From: Malacoraja senta
Lineage: Eukaryota
Direction of reading: 5' to 3'
NCBI GenBank assembly: GCA_038087875.1
Contig: JAXLNO010002960.1
Span: 186,001-233,265, forward strand
DNA length: 47,265 nucleotides
Below the pieces are notes generated by a model. It saw only the letters and a program-made list of their open reading frames with translations. It did no database searches and was not told where the DNA came from. The first letter of the stretch is position 1. Each line of letters begins with the position of its first letter. Below, piece after piece: positions 33,701-44,743 of the stretch. Position numbers and translations under genes: made by a program.

Positions 33701-36039
33701 CAAGGTTAACGACAGATGGGTCAGTGTGAGAGTGGGAAGGGGTATTAAAATACCATACAACAGATCTCAGGATGATCTTTACTTCAAAGGGATGTGCTGT
33801 ACAAAATGGTTGACATCTAAGCTAGTTTCTCCACAGTGTGAGCAATGATTGCAGTAGAGAAAGTTGAAAGAGATGCAAGTGAACCTCTGTCTCATTTGAA
33901 CAGTTTATTCTCCTGTTGTTCACCTCTCCCTCCTCCTCTCCTACCTGTTTCCATCTACCCATTATCCTCTCCCCACCTGGTTCTACGTTTGATCTACCAG
34001 CCTCTGTCCTATCCCTCCCTGATTGCTATATATTGGCAATCCATCCTCTTCCCTAACAGGCCTGGTGCAGGTTCTTGACCCTATTTGTGACATCAACCAT
34101 TTGTCCCAATAATTTTGCTTGAGCCATTGAATGCTTTCAGTCTTCTGTTTTTAGTTGCAGATTCCATTAGCTACAGTCATTATTGGATAGAATATATTTT
34201 GTTTTAACACTGCATTTAGTCTGAGACACAGCACCAATAAATGTTGTTACATAACGCTTGGTTATTTGATGTCAAAAGTCTTGATTGTTTGTACTTTGTA
34301 CATTTCTAATCTAATGCAAAGAATTTATCATCCATATGAATATAAAATTATCCACGGTGACTGGTGGTACAGAGATCAAGTTCATTTTATGTGGCTCATT
34401 TGGTACAAGTTCTGCTCTTGAGATTTCACCTAATAATAGTTGCCTGTAGAATGTGCTTGATGAATAGACCATTGAGTATAAGATTTTGGGAAATAAATTG
34501 GCATGAAATCCAAGTAAACACATTGGATTGCACCCTGTTTTATAGTGGCTTCATGTTGCGAAGTAAAGGCAAGATATATGGAATGTGCAAGATATAATAT
34601 GAAAGATACAATATGCAAGGCGCAAAATTAAATTGTTGTTAAGAAAATGTAAGGCCTCCATTTATTTGCAACAGCATCAATCACAGTTATCTTACGTCAA
34701 AGTTGATTTTGTATTTTTTAAAGAATGAATGGGAACAAAATGATCAAAAATGAATTGGCAGTCAAAGTAATACAAGGTTGTAGTGGAGACAAGTGTGTAG
34801 GAACAGGCCACTCTGCCGATCCTGCCAATACTGCTGCATATGGTCCACATGAGCCTCTTCCCACCTTATGCGATCTGCAACATGGTTGGCAAGTCTATGC
34901 TGGATTCTCCAATGTAGAACCGACTATTCTTTTCTCTTTTGTGCTTGCCCAGCCGTCCCCTAAATGCAATTCATTGATCTGGATCCTCATTCTCACCAGT
35001 ATTGGGTGGGAGGGGAGGAGAGGGAGCATTCTCTGTCGAATTCCCTGCTGGATTTTATGGTGGAAATGTTTTCACCATAGTGATTCATTTAAAAGCTTTA
35101 TGTATTTTAATATCACCCTTCAGCCACTTCTCAAAGGGGTGGAGGGCAGGGGGTGGACGACTTACCCAGGGACATTCGATGACCGTGTTTTGTTTATTTT
35201 ATCCAAACATTTTTTACTATAGATTAATATAGTATTATTTTTTTGTATCTTGGGTAAGCACATTGAAATAGCAATGGATGGCGTGTTCAGAAAATTATTT
35301 CTGATTTGTCCTCGCTTTGTGAACACCAAACCAATGTATGCATCTGCAAAAAGGCATTGGCACCAGGGTCTCGGTTCCTTTTAAGCATCCCAGTTATCAT
35401 GTTCTTTGATGCAGAGGAAATGTGGCCACGATAAATATAAAAATGTTGAAATGCAGAATATAAAAGTAATAGGAATTCAGTCATTTGAGCCTGAACTATT
35501 ATTCCATGTGATCAATTGTGACCTAAAATTTATAGCTTGATCCTTTTGTTTCTCTGATCCTTTGACCATACAAATAACATATAACTCCTTGTATAAATTC
35601 AATGATCTGTGTTCAACTGCTTCCAGTGGTGTAACATTCCACACGTTCATCATTCTGTGGGAGAAGTAATCGCTCTTCATCTCAACTTGAAGCCTGACCA
35701 TCAGATTGTGACCACTGGGTCCTGAACTGACCGGATTTCCCTCTTGAATATATGTATGCGTACTTTTCTACACATATATGTTTGTGTGTGTGTGTATATA
35801 TATATATGTGCACATTGCTTTTGTTTTTCTCTTTCTCGTTTTTCATATTGTTTACCATGTACTATGTTTACATATTCCATTGTGCTGCAGCGAGTAAGAA
35901 TTTCATTGTACTATCTGGGACATATGACAATAAAACACTCTTGACTCTCTTCAATCTGTACAGACCCATAAGAATGTTGTAGTTGATTTTGAATGGTCCT
36001 AATCACAATGTAAATCTAATCGCCCAAATCGCCCTTCAT

Positions 36040-36680
36040 ACATTAGTCTCCGATGACCTCTCTTGGACCAACAATACCTCAACTCTGGTCAAGAAGGCTC
36101 ACCAGCGTCTCTTCTTCCTGAGGAGACTAAAGAAGGTCCATCTGTCTCCTCGGATTCTGGTGAACTTCTACCGCTGCACCATCGAGAGCATCGTTACCAA
36201 CTGCATCACAGTATGGTATGGCAACTGCTCTGTCTCCGACCGGAAAGCACTGCAGAGGGTGGTGAAAATTGCCCAACGCATCACCGGTTCCTCACTCCCC
36301 ACCATTGAGTCTGTCCAAAGCAAGCGTTGTCTGCGAAGGGCGCTCAGCATCGCCAAGGACTGCTCTCACCCCAACCACAGACTGTTTACCCTCCTACCAT
36401 CCGGGAGGCGCTACAGGTCTCTCCGTTGCCGGACCAGCAGGTCCAGGAACAGCTTCTTCCCTGCGGCGGTTACACTACTCAACACTGTACCTCGGTGACT
36501 GCCAATCACACCCCCCCCCCCCCCCGGACACTCCTCCCACCAGGATTTATTAGATTTATTTATTTACTGCTCATATTTATGTCGCTCTTCTAGGGAGATG
36601 CTAACTGCATTTCGTTGTCTCTGTACTGTACACTGCACAATGACAATAAAGTTGAATCTGAATCTGAATCTGAATCTGAA
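36040..36680 (+). mobile_element. 5'-truncated Rex1/Babar LINE (young, intact 3' ORF)
   Basis: ORF 35983-36498: KKAHQRLFFLRRLKK...LLPSGRRYRSL; tail aataaagt(tgaatc)n; same family as 1447-2993. Confidence 0.92.
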
Positions 36681-36883
36681 TTAGTCCTCCCATCCCTGAA
36701 ATCTGCTGAATCTTCACAGCACTCCCTCCATAACAAGAACATTCTTCCTAAGATCAGGAGACTAAAACTGCAGATGCCATGGTCTTGGCAAACACATTTC
36801 TCAGAATAACATGATGTATCTTTAGAAAGGGATAAGGAGGAATCTCAAGAGTCAGAGGGAGGAACATATTAAGTTCTTGGAGC

Positions 36884-37400
36884 TGAACTGAACTGAACTG
36901 AACTTTATTTATAGAGCACTTTAAAAACAACCACTGTTGCAACAAAGTGCTGTACATGACTAATCATAAACATAAAACAAAACAATAAAAACATTAAAAG
37001 ACAGTAAAAACAATAAAAAAACAATAGAAACACTAAAACAGGAGCAAAGTCTCATGCAGGGTCAAAAGCCAAGGAATAGAAAAGGGTTTTAAGACTAGTT
37101 TTGAAAATGGACAGTGAAGGGGCCTGTCTAATGTGCAAAGGTAGAGTGTTCCATAATGTCGGAGCAGCAACAGAGAAGGTTCTATCCCCTCTGAGCTTCC
37201 GCTTAGACCTCGGTACCTCCAGGAGCAGCTGATCAGCTGACCTGAGGCACCGAGCAGGAGCGTAGGGATGAAGCAGCTCAGAGAGGTAAAGATTTAAAAA
37301 CAAATAAAAGAATCTTAAAATGAACTCTAAAGTACACAGGCAGCCAGTGGAGGGAGGCCAGAATAGGCATTATGTGCTCCCTCTTACGAGCTCTGGAAAA
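36884..37400 (-). mobile_element. L2-clade LINE 3' end
   Basis: ORF 37052-37303: YLSELLHPYAPARCLRS...GDRTFSVAAPTLWNTLP...FKTSLKT; tail aataaa(gttca)n. Confidence 0.85.
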
Positions 37401-38687
37401 TTATCAATCTTTGAATGGAAGAATGGATAGGGAGGCTGCTCACTTTGCTGAAGGGTTTGAGAGCGGACAAGGAATTCTATGCAACGTGCGTTTGGAATTT
37501 CAAGTGTATGGCATGTAGATGTTGTGTAATTGGCTCCATTATGCCCTTAGTGCATTGGAAAAGGTAAACGGGGTTTTCACCTAAGATTACATTTTCTGCT
37601 AACAGCACTTTATGGTAAGCAAGTAGGCTGGCTTTGGGAAACAATTAGATGATTGAGGGCTCACTTAGAATAACTGGGAAATTATGGAGCAGCCTACAAG
37701 GATATTTAGTGTAGCTAAAGGATAAGTTAAACCTTTCTTTTCTCCGAGACATGCAAGAATAGCTCGGTGCTTGATTTAATGCAGAACCTTTGAAGGACAG
37801 TGGCTGGGCCCGCAAGATCTCCACACCAGCCATCATAAATAGGAGTCTCCAATGGGCAGAAGACTGTGAGACTTGATGGTATTTGCTACGGCTTCTATCA
37901 TTTAACACATTGAGCTGAAAACCATGAGATTCGTTGCTTTTTTAATGCTTTGTCTTGTAATTTGATGTAATAAAGATAGTAATTTGTACCCCTGCAATTT
38001 TCTTTCTCCGTTCATTGATCCGAATCCTATTTATGTTTCATTACAAAGAGAGAATTGGATAAACTAATTGTGAGCAAAAACATGCAAAACTACAGTCGAG
38101 GGGCTGGGGTCGAACAAGTGATTTTCTCCAGTAGAGAGGTGGCATTGGCCTGATAGGATGAATGGTCCCCATCAGCACAGTAAACATTTAAATGATCCAT
38201 TGATTTGTATTTATCATTGTATATCAAATAAACTTAGGGATACGGAAGGAGAAATATTTTGGCCTGTTTATATGGTGCAAAATAACCCACCCCAGAACAA
38301 TAAATAGTTGTGAATTTACACTTAATATTACCTGTCACTGAAGCAGAGTGCAGAGGATCTCAAATTCATTTAAGAAATAGTATTAAGGCGACTGTATAGA
38401 AAATGGTGGGTATTGCTTGGCAGCAAGATGGGAGTAGTATTGTAGTGGTAGTGATGAGGTGCTTTGGTGGCAATGATCATAATTTAGCATGATTAATGTA
38501 GAAATGTGCACTAGGAACGCAGGTTCGCAGCTGAGGTGAAAACATTTCCAAGACTGCAACATAATTTAACAGAAATGTAATACAAAATGTAATAAAATAG
38601 GGCAAATGAATGGTAACAGTTAACAGATCTCTGGGGATACTAGAAACTGCAGATATTGGATCGTTGAGCAAAACTGTTGGAGGAACA

Positions 38688-38814
38688 CAGTGGGTCAGGC
38701 AACATCTGTGGGATGGAATGAACCAATGACAATTCAGGCTGGAACTCTTGTTCAGACTGGTGACTTCAAAACGTTGTCAGTCGATTCCCACCACAGATGC
38801 TGCCTGACCCACTG
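38688..38814. repeat. Palindromic Penelope-derived short element
   Basis: 24-bp inverted arms cagtgggtcaggcaacatctgtgg / ccacagatgctgcctgacccactg (1 mismatch). Confidence 0.7.
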
Positions 38815-39087
38815 AATTCTTCATGCACTTTGTTTTTAACACACCAGCTGGAAAGAGTCCAGAGAAGATTTACAAGGAGACTTGATAGTGGCATTTGAAG
38901 TCTTTAGAAAGGCATAGATATGCAGGGAAAGGATGGATATGGAACATGTGTTGGTGGAGGAGATTAGTTCAACTTGGCATCACGTTTGGAACAGAAGGTG
39001 TGGCCCCAAGGGCCTGTTCCAATGCTGAACTGTTCTGCAAGTCACTGAGTCTCTGTTCAGGGAGGGTGAGGTTGAGAAGGCTCTGAT

Positions 39088-39400
39088 TTCAATAGAAAAT
39101 AGGTGCAGGAGTAGGCCATTCGATCCTTCGAGCCAGCACCGCCATTCAATGTGATCATGGCTGATCATCCCCAATCAGTACCCCGTTCCTGCCTTCTCCC
39201 CATATCCCCTGACTCCACTATTTTTAAGAGCCCTATCTAGCTCTCTCTTGAAAGCATCCACTGCCCTCTGAGGCAGAGAATTTCACAGACTCACCACTCT
39301 CTGTGAGAAAAAGTGTTTCCTCGTCTCCGTTCTAAATGGCTTACTCCTTATTCTTAAACTGTGGTCCCTGGTTCTGGAAATGTGGCCCCTGGTTCTGGAT
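39088..39400 (-). mobile_element. CR1 3' end
   Basis: atagaaaataggtgcaggagtaggccattcg...atgtgatcatggctgatcatcc. Confidence 0.8.
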
Positions 39401-39419
39401 TTCATTCCTTAGAGTGCAA

Positions 39420-39750
39420 AAGGATGGGGTGATCTGAAAGAGGTTTACAAAATTATGTGAGCAATCAATCAGGTAAATGCGCTTGAGTTTTTTGCCCACA
39501 ATAGGGGACTCGAGAACCAGAGGATATAGATTTACGGTGAGAGGTGGGTGAGTGTGGAGATTTAATAGGAACCTGGGGATAACATTTTACACAAAGAGTG
39601 GTGGGTATATGGAACGAGCTGCCAGAGGAGGAGGTTGAGACAGGTACTATCATAACAATAAATATACAATTGGACAGGTACATGCATAGGATAGGTTTAG
39701 AGGGTTATGAGCCAAGCGTGGGGAGTTGGGACTAATGTAGATGGGGCATG
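39420..39750 (+). mobile_element. CR1 3' end (second subfamily)
   Basis: ggggtgatct...agaaccagaggatatagattt...tggaacgagctgccagagg. Confidence 0.65.
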
Positions 39751-39759
39751 CTGTGCCGA

Positions 39760-39945
39760 AAAGCCCGTTTCGACGCAGTCTTACTAGGGGCAATTTACAA
39801 AGGGCAATTAACCGATAAACCTGCACGAGTTTGGAATGTGGGTGGAGACCAGCGCCCGGAGAAAACCCACGTACGACGTTCACACAGACAGCATCCGTAG
39901 TCGGGATCAAACCCGGGTCTCTGACGCTGCGAGGCATCCGTTCGA
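39760..39945 (-). mobile_element. SINE fragment
   Basis: ggggcaatttac...cgggatcaaacccgggtctctgacgctg. Confidence 0.65.
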
Positions 39946-40886
39946 CTGCTGCGAATTTTGTTTGTATTTTCTGATTTAAATCAAAGATGTTGGTATAGAT
40001 ATGAGTTCCATGTTTAGGAAATGTGTGAATGTCAGCAAAGTTGTTTGCAGGTGTAGTATTAGGCAAGATGTAAACTGCCTTGACATTCAATAACATTACC
40101 AAGCTAACTCCTCCGCCATCAATCTCTGTTCCAATAATAATTGAATCACCGTCTTTTTGACCAGACAGTAGGACTCGCGTGAACTTGGAAGCTGCAGGGA
40201 AAATGACTAATTTGGACTGGTGTTACTTTTGGCCACTGAATGGAAGATTATAATCATTTTCCTCTGGACGGTGGAATCAACACCCTTTCGCTTTCCAAGC
40301 GGGCAATTAGTGCTGTTCTCCCTTTGAAATCTACCGTGTAAAAATAGCACCTGCAGATCAAGATCCAAATTGACCGCCATTCTGATTTGGAAATATGTCC
40401 TGATCCTCAGTATTGCAAATGCCGAATCGCCCCACGCCGACAGAATATTGTACTGGCGCATGGAGGTCTTCAGCGGTGGGAAAAAAAGATGGCTCTTCAC
40501 TGTAGATGAAATGTGCATGTACCTTTAACATAGTGACCTCACCACTACTAACCACTCCCCACATCACTGGTATAATTACAACCTTCCCACCCAGTTCTCT
40601 CTCTCTCTAGTTCCAGTGACAGACCACGGACAGCTAGGGCAGCAATAAACAGTAGTAACGATACAGTGCATTATGACCCATCATTACATTCACCACGTAG
40701 TCAAAGGCAAAAAGGAAATGTTAATACAACCTTGCTACCTGCTTAAAATAAACACTGGGTGTTGCAATCGCTAGATACAACGTGTTGGTTTATTATTGAC
40801 ACGGGTAACTAGATACAGTGAAAACCCCTTTGCGTGGTATTCAGCCAAATCATACTATGCATGAATACAATTAAGCCATACATAAG

Positions 40887-41439
40887 TGTGAGATGCAAAA
40901 TCACAAACGCTTTTAGAGACAAAGTCGGCAAAGAAGCTTTTTATTTAAATCATATTCTGCAGAATAGGTGCCTCCTCTGATGTCCCCTAGAGGCACACCG
41001 AGGATCGGGATGTCTTCTATCTTTATACATTTCATGGGTATCATTGTCACACCCTCATCCCTCCCCATTGAGCTTCTTCCAATCATAGCATAAAGCCCAC
41101 ATTCCCACGAGAACGTCCCTGGAACGCCCACCCAACGTCAAAGACACCTCCCATATCATGCATCGCATGTGCATTTAAATTAGGCATCTTGTCATAGTGG
41201 GTGTGTGTACATATTCATGTAAGTTCATTAGGCATGCACAGATTTGTTTAACCTTATGTACTTTCTCTCTTTCTACTTCTCAAATCTTCTGCTGAATTTG
41301 CTACTTTTTATCTAGAATTTCTCTCTGTTCTATATATCGTTATTTTCTATTTTACCAGCAGTCTGGCTTCTGCTGACACCACAAGCCATTTTTCTATCCC
41401 TAATATAAATCAACCATGTCTGTTAACTCTTTCCTCACA
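40887..41439 (-). repeat. ERV 3' LTR (553 bp)
   Basis: tgtgag...tctcaca; 3' ~340 bp match the LTRs at 5215 and 10806; preceded by PPT aaaaaagaaaagggtggat (41440-41458). Confidence 0.93.
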
Positions 41440-43383
41440 ATCCACCCTTTTCTTTTTTGCTACGCAACCTTTGATTTATACTATCTTCCTTTTCTAATGC
41501 TAGCAGCAGATTCTTCGCCTCCCTATCCCCCTCTCGTTGGTTATACTGTGTTCTGAAGGCCATCATGGTGGCGGCCCTGTTCTTTGTCAGGGCTGTTTCT
41601 ATCAATCGCTGAGCCAATCCCCGTACGCAGGGAATCATACAACATCCGAACAAACACAGTAACCCCACCATGACTACCACTGATGTTAGAGCTGAGGTAA
41701 AGATGTGCTTCCATTTCCCAAACCAGGATTATAGAAACCCAGTCCAGGAGTTGTCTACTCCAGAGTTCTCAGCCAATTCGATAGTCAGAGAGGTGAGACC
41801 TGCTAGGGCTCTTGACACTGACCCATCCGGAGCAGTGTTGTTGGGGATGAATGTGCAACATTGTTCGCCAAACATTACACACACCCCTCCCTTCTCAGCC
41901 AGTAGCATGTCCAAGGCCATGCGATTTTGCCAGGCCATTTGGCTGGTAGCTGTCAGTTGTTCCGCTAATCCTTCAACTGCATCTCGAGTGTAATTTATAA
42001 AGCGTTGTTGATTGTAGTATAGGTAGTTGATCCAGTCCACATTTTTATTAATTGTGGACCACCAGAAGAGCATGGACTCAAAGCCCGCAGCTATCTGGTT
42101 TCTGGCTTTGAATTCATCGGGTACCCCTCTTGTCACCCCTATCGCATCTATATATATATGTGTGTGTCGAATGATCCTTTCACCCCTCTCTTTTGTTGTT
42201 GGCTTCCTTCATTGAGTTCTACAGCATGTTCTACTGCTATGGTGAAGGGCATCATCAGTTGTGTGAGGGTACAGGTTCCCGTCCATGACCCCAGTAACCG
42301 GGGCCACAGGGTATTCTCCCCGCACCACCACCAGACATCGGCTCTACTGACTATCTGTTTTTTTAGCCAGGAGCTATTGAACAGTGGTCCCTGTTCCTCA
42401 GCCGTTATGTTATACGTCTGATTGCAGTTGAGCACCTTCCCCATATCCTGTCCCTCTGGGTTATTTCTTGTATAGCACTCAAACCCCTCCTCCCCAAGAG
42501 GACTGGTAAATGGAGGAGGTCGAGGGTCTTCCCTTCGGCCCTTCGTATTGTTGTTGCTGGTCGGAAATAGGTAATGATAACTCTGGCATATCACATTCTT
42601 TGGTAAGAGGGGATTCGTGAATAGCTGTAGTATACATGACATAGCCCTAGGTGTTCTATTCCAATTCAGGGGAAATGGTACTGGGACCAGCTGAGGCCTA
42701 GCTCCGGCGCAGGTGTAACAATTGGTTCATTGCATACTTCTGGCTGTGTACATCATCCAGGCAAGCCAGGTGTTGGCTCCTTTTCCCCCTGTTGGTGTTC
42801 CCTTCTCATATAACTGCCTTAATCCTGTTTCTCCTTCTACTATCATTATCTTCAGATCCTTAGACTCATTCTCCCTGGTGACTTTGCTGACTACCGGTGG
42901 TGCTGGTGTTGCCCCGGGATCCCTATTCTGACTGTCATCTATCTTCAACACCTTTCCCCTATCCTCATATCTTACCATCTCCCCATCCCGCTTCACTTCT
43001 ATCTCAAACTTCAGACACGTGTCCTTCCCTGTTTTATCTGCACATATCCAATACCTACCACTTTCCTGCATTTGAACACTCTGTATGCTCACATATATAC
43101 GTCCTGGCAATTTCTCGTTCGGGTTTTGATATATTTTCCACCTATCAGTTTGATAGGTGGTTCGATGCCACCCATATTTTGATGAAGTAAACACCGCGTG
43201 CCAATTTCTACTGGGATGGGTGCATACATACATTCTATAGCCACACCACCATTTTCTTTTACATACATTAAATGGGATGGTGGTGGGCCTTCTATTCTGT
43301 GGTATTGTGATTTTTATACATGTTATATTACTCACGAGTTGGGTAACCACCCAACACACGACCCACCAACACAAAATCTTCAT
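41435..43383 (-). pseudogene. env: Gamma-type env, ~650 codons, three point lesions
   Basis: Signal peptide, NCYTC (CXXC), QQKR cleavage-site position, ISD WQNRMALDMLLAEKGGVC, CX6CC, TM VVVMVGLLCLFGCC; lesions: TGA 42727-42729, +2 in (TA)n 42149-42159, TAA 41729-41731. Confidence 0.93.
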
Positions 43384-43688
43384 TTTCCCGCGGGTTCTTG
43401 GTAAATATTAAAGTCAATGGTTCCTCTCCTTTGCGCACAGTCCACGGGCTGATATTGTCTGGTGGGGCCTCCACAGGACCCTTAACTCGACTTGCGTGTG
43501 TCCACCCTTTCTCTTTTGTTCGTACTGCCGTCTCGGTGATTAGTAACACCAGGTAGGGTCCAGTCCACTTAGGTTGCAGCTTTTCTTCTTTCCACGTTTT
43601 TATTAATACCCAGTCTCCAGCCTTGACTGAGTGTATCGGGAAGTCCAGTGGTGGGCTCTGGGCCAGCAATCCTTTAATTTTTTGTTCT
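43384..43688 (-). pseudogene. pol: Integrase C-terminal domain remnant
   Basis: KGLLAQSPPLDFPIHSVKAGDWVLIKTWKEEKLQPKWTGPY...GWTHASRVKGP. Confidence 0.9.
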
Positions 43689-43979
43689 ATATCATGCATC
43701 GCATGTGCATTTAAATTAGGCATCTTGTCATAGTGGGTGTGTGTACATATTCATGTAAGTTCATTAGGCATGCGCAGATATGTTTGACCTTATGTACTTT
43801 CTCCCTTTCTACTTACTCCTCAAATCTTCTGCTGAATTTGCTACTTTTTATCTAGAATTTCTCTCTGTTCTATATATCGTTATTTTCTATTTTACCAGCA
43901 GTCTGGCTTCTGTTGACACCCCAAGCCATTTTTCTATCCCTAGTCTAAATCAACCATGTCTGTTAACTCTTTCCTCACA
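43689..43979 (-). repeat. Truncated LTR (U3 part only)
   Basis: Matches ~41150-41439 with a few percent differences; PPT at 43980-43998; breaks at gcatgatat. Confidence 0.9.
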
Positions 43980-44394
43980 ATCCACCCTTTTCTTTTTTGC
44001 TACGCAACCTTTGATTTATACTATATCCTCCTTTTTTAATGCTAGCAGCAGATTCTTCGCCTCCCTATCCCCCTCTCGTTGGTTATACTGTGTTCTGAAG
44101 GCCATCATGGTGGCGGCCCTGTTCTTTGTCAGGGCTGTTTCTATCAATCGCTGAGCCAATCCCCGTACGCAGGGAATGATACAACATCCGAACAAACACA
44201 GTAACCCCACCATGACTACCACTGATGTTAGAGCTGAGGTAAAGCAGTGCTTCCATTTCCCAAACCAGGATTCTAGAAACCCAGTCCAGGAGTTGTCTAC
44301 TCCAGAGTTCTCAGCCAATTCGATAGACAGAGAGGTGAGACCTGCTAGGGCTCTTGACACTGACCCATCCGGAGCAGTGTTGTTGGGGATGAAT
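43980..44394 (-). pseudogene. env: Second copy of env 3' end (TM anchor open)
   Basis: FIPNNTAPDGSVSRALAGL...GFLESWFGKW...GLLCLFGCCIIPC; GAA at 44271-44273 where the other copy has TAA. Confidence 0.9.
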
Positions 44395-44440
44395 CGCCCG
44401 TTCACACACGCGCGGGTGGAGGGCGTGCGTGTGTGCGGGC

Positions 44441-44743
44441 ACACAATACTTCATGTGTGGTCTCACCAGGGCCCTGTACAACTGCAGAAGGACCTCTTTG
44501 CTCCAATACTCAACTCCTCTTGTTATAAAGGCCAACAGGCCAAAACTGCACACAATACTCCAGGTGTGGTCTCACCAGGGCCCTGTACAACTGCAGAAGG
44601 ACCTCTTTGCTCCAATACTCAACTCCTCTTGTTATAAAGGCCAACAGGCCAAAACTGCACACAATACTCCAGGTGTGGTCTCACCAGGGCCCTGTACAAC
44701 TGCAGAAGGACCTCTTTGCTCCTGTACTCAACTCCTCTTGTTA
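44441..44743. repeat. Tandem array of a 109-bp CR1-derived unit (~2.8 copies; continues at ~46093-46195)
   Basis: Units start at 44441, 44550, 44659; the reverse strand encodes the CR1 [12 protein letters not shown] motif. Confidence 0.88.

Larger units (their letters stand above)
40887..44394 (-). mobile_element. Rearranged ERV: env 3' end, PPT, partial LTR, IN C-terminus, env, PPT, full LTR
   Basis: Component features listed separately; same env/IN family as the 5215-11349 element. Confidence 0.9.

Noticed and set aside
34725-35222. 165-aa plus-strand ORF
   Set aside because: No domain similarity; overlaps decayed CR1-tail sequence; no convincing splice signals.
39650-40102. 150-aa minus-strand ORF as a gene
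   Set aside because: Its distal two-thirds run through a SINE and CR1 tail; only the short proximal part is kept, as a low-confidence candidate exon.
41729-42136. Functional syncytin-like captured env gene
   Set aside because: Upstream stop and frameshift, non-canonical cleavage site and a stop before the TM helix; still embedded in proviral remnants. It cannot encode a fusogen as assembled.
44441-44743. CRISPR-like or novel repeat array
   Set aside because: Units are contiguous with no unique spacers and derive from CR1 RT; eukaryotic context. The same applies to the 30-bp array at 47041.
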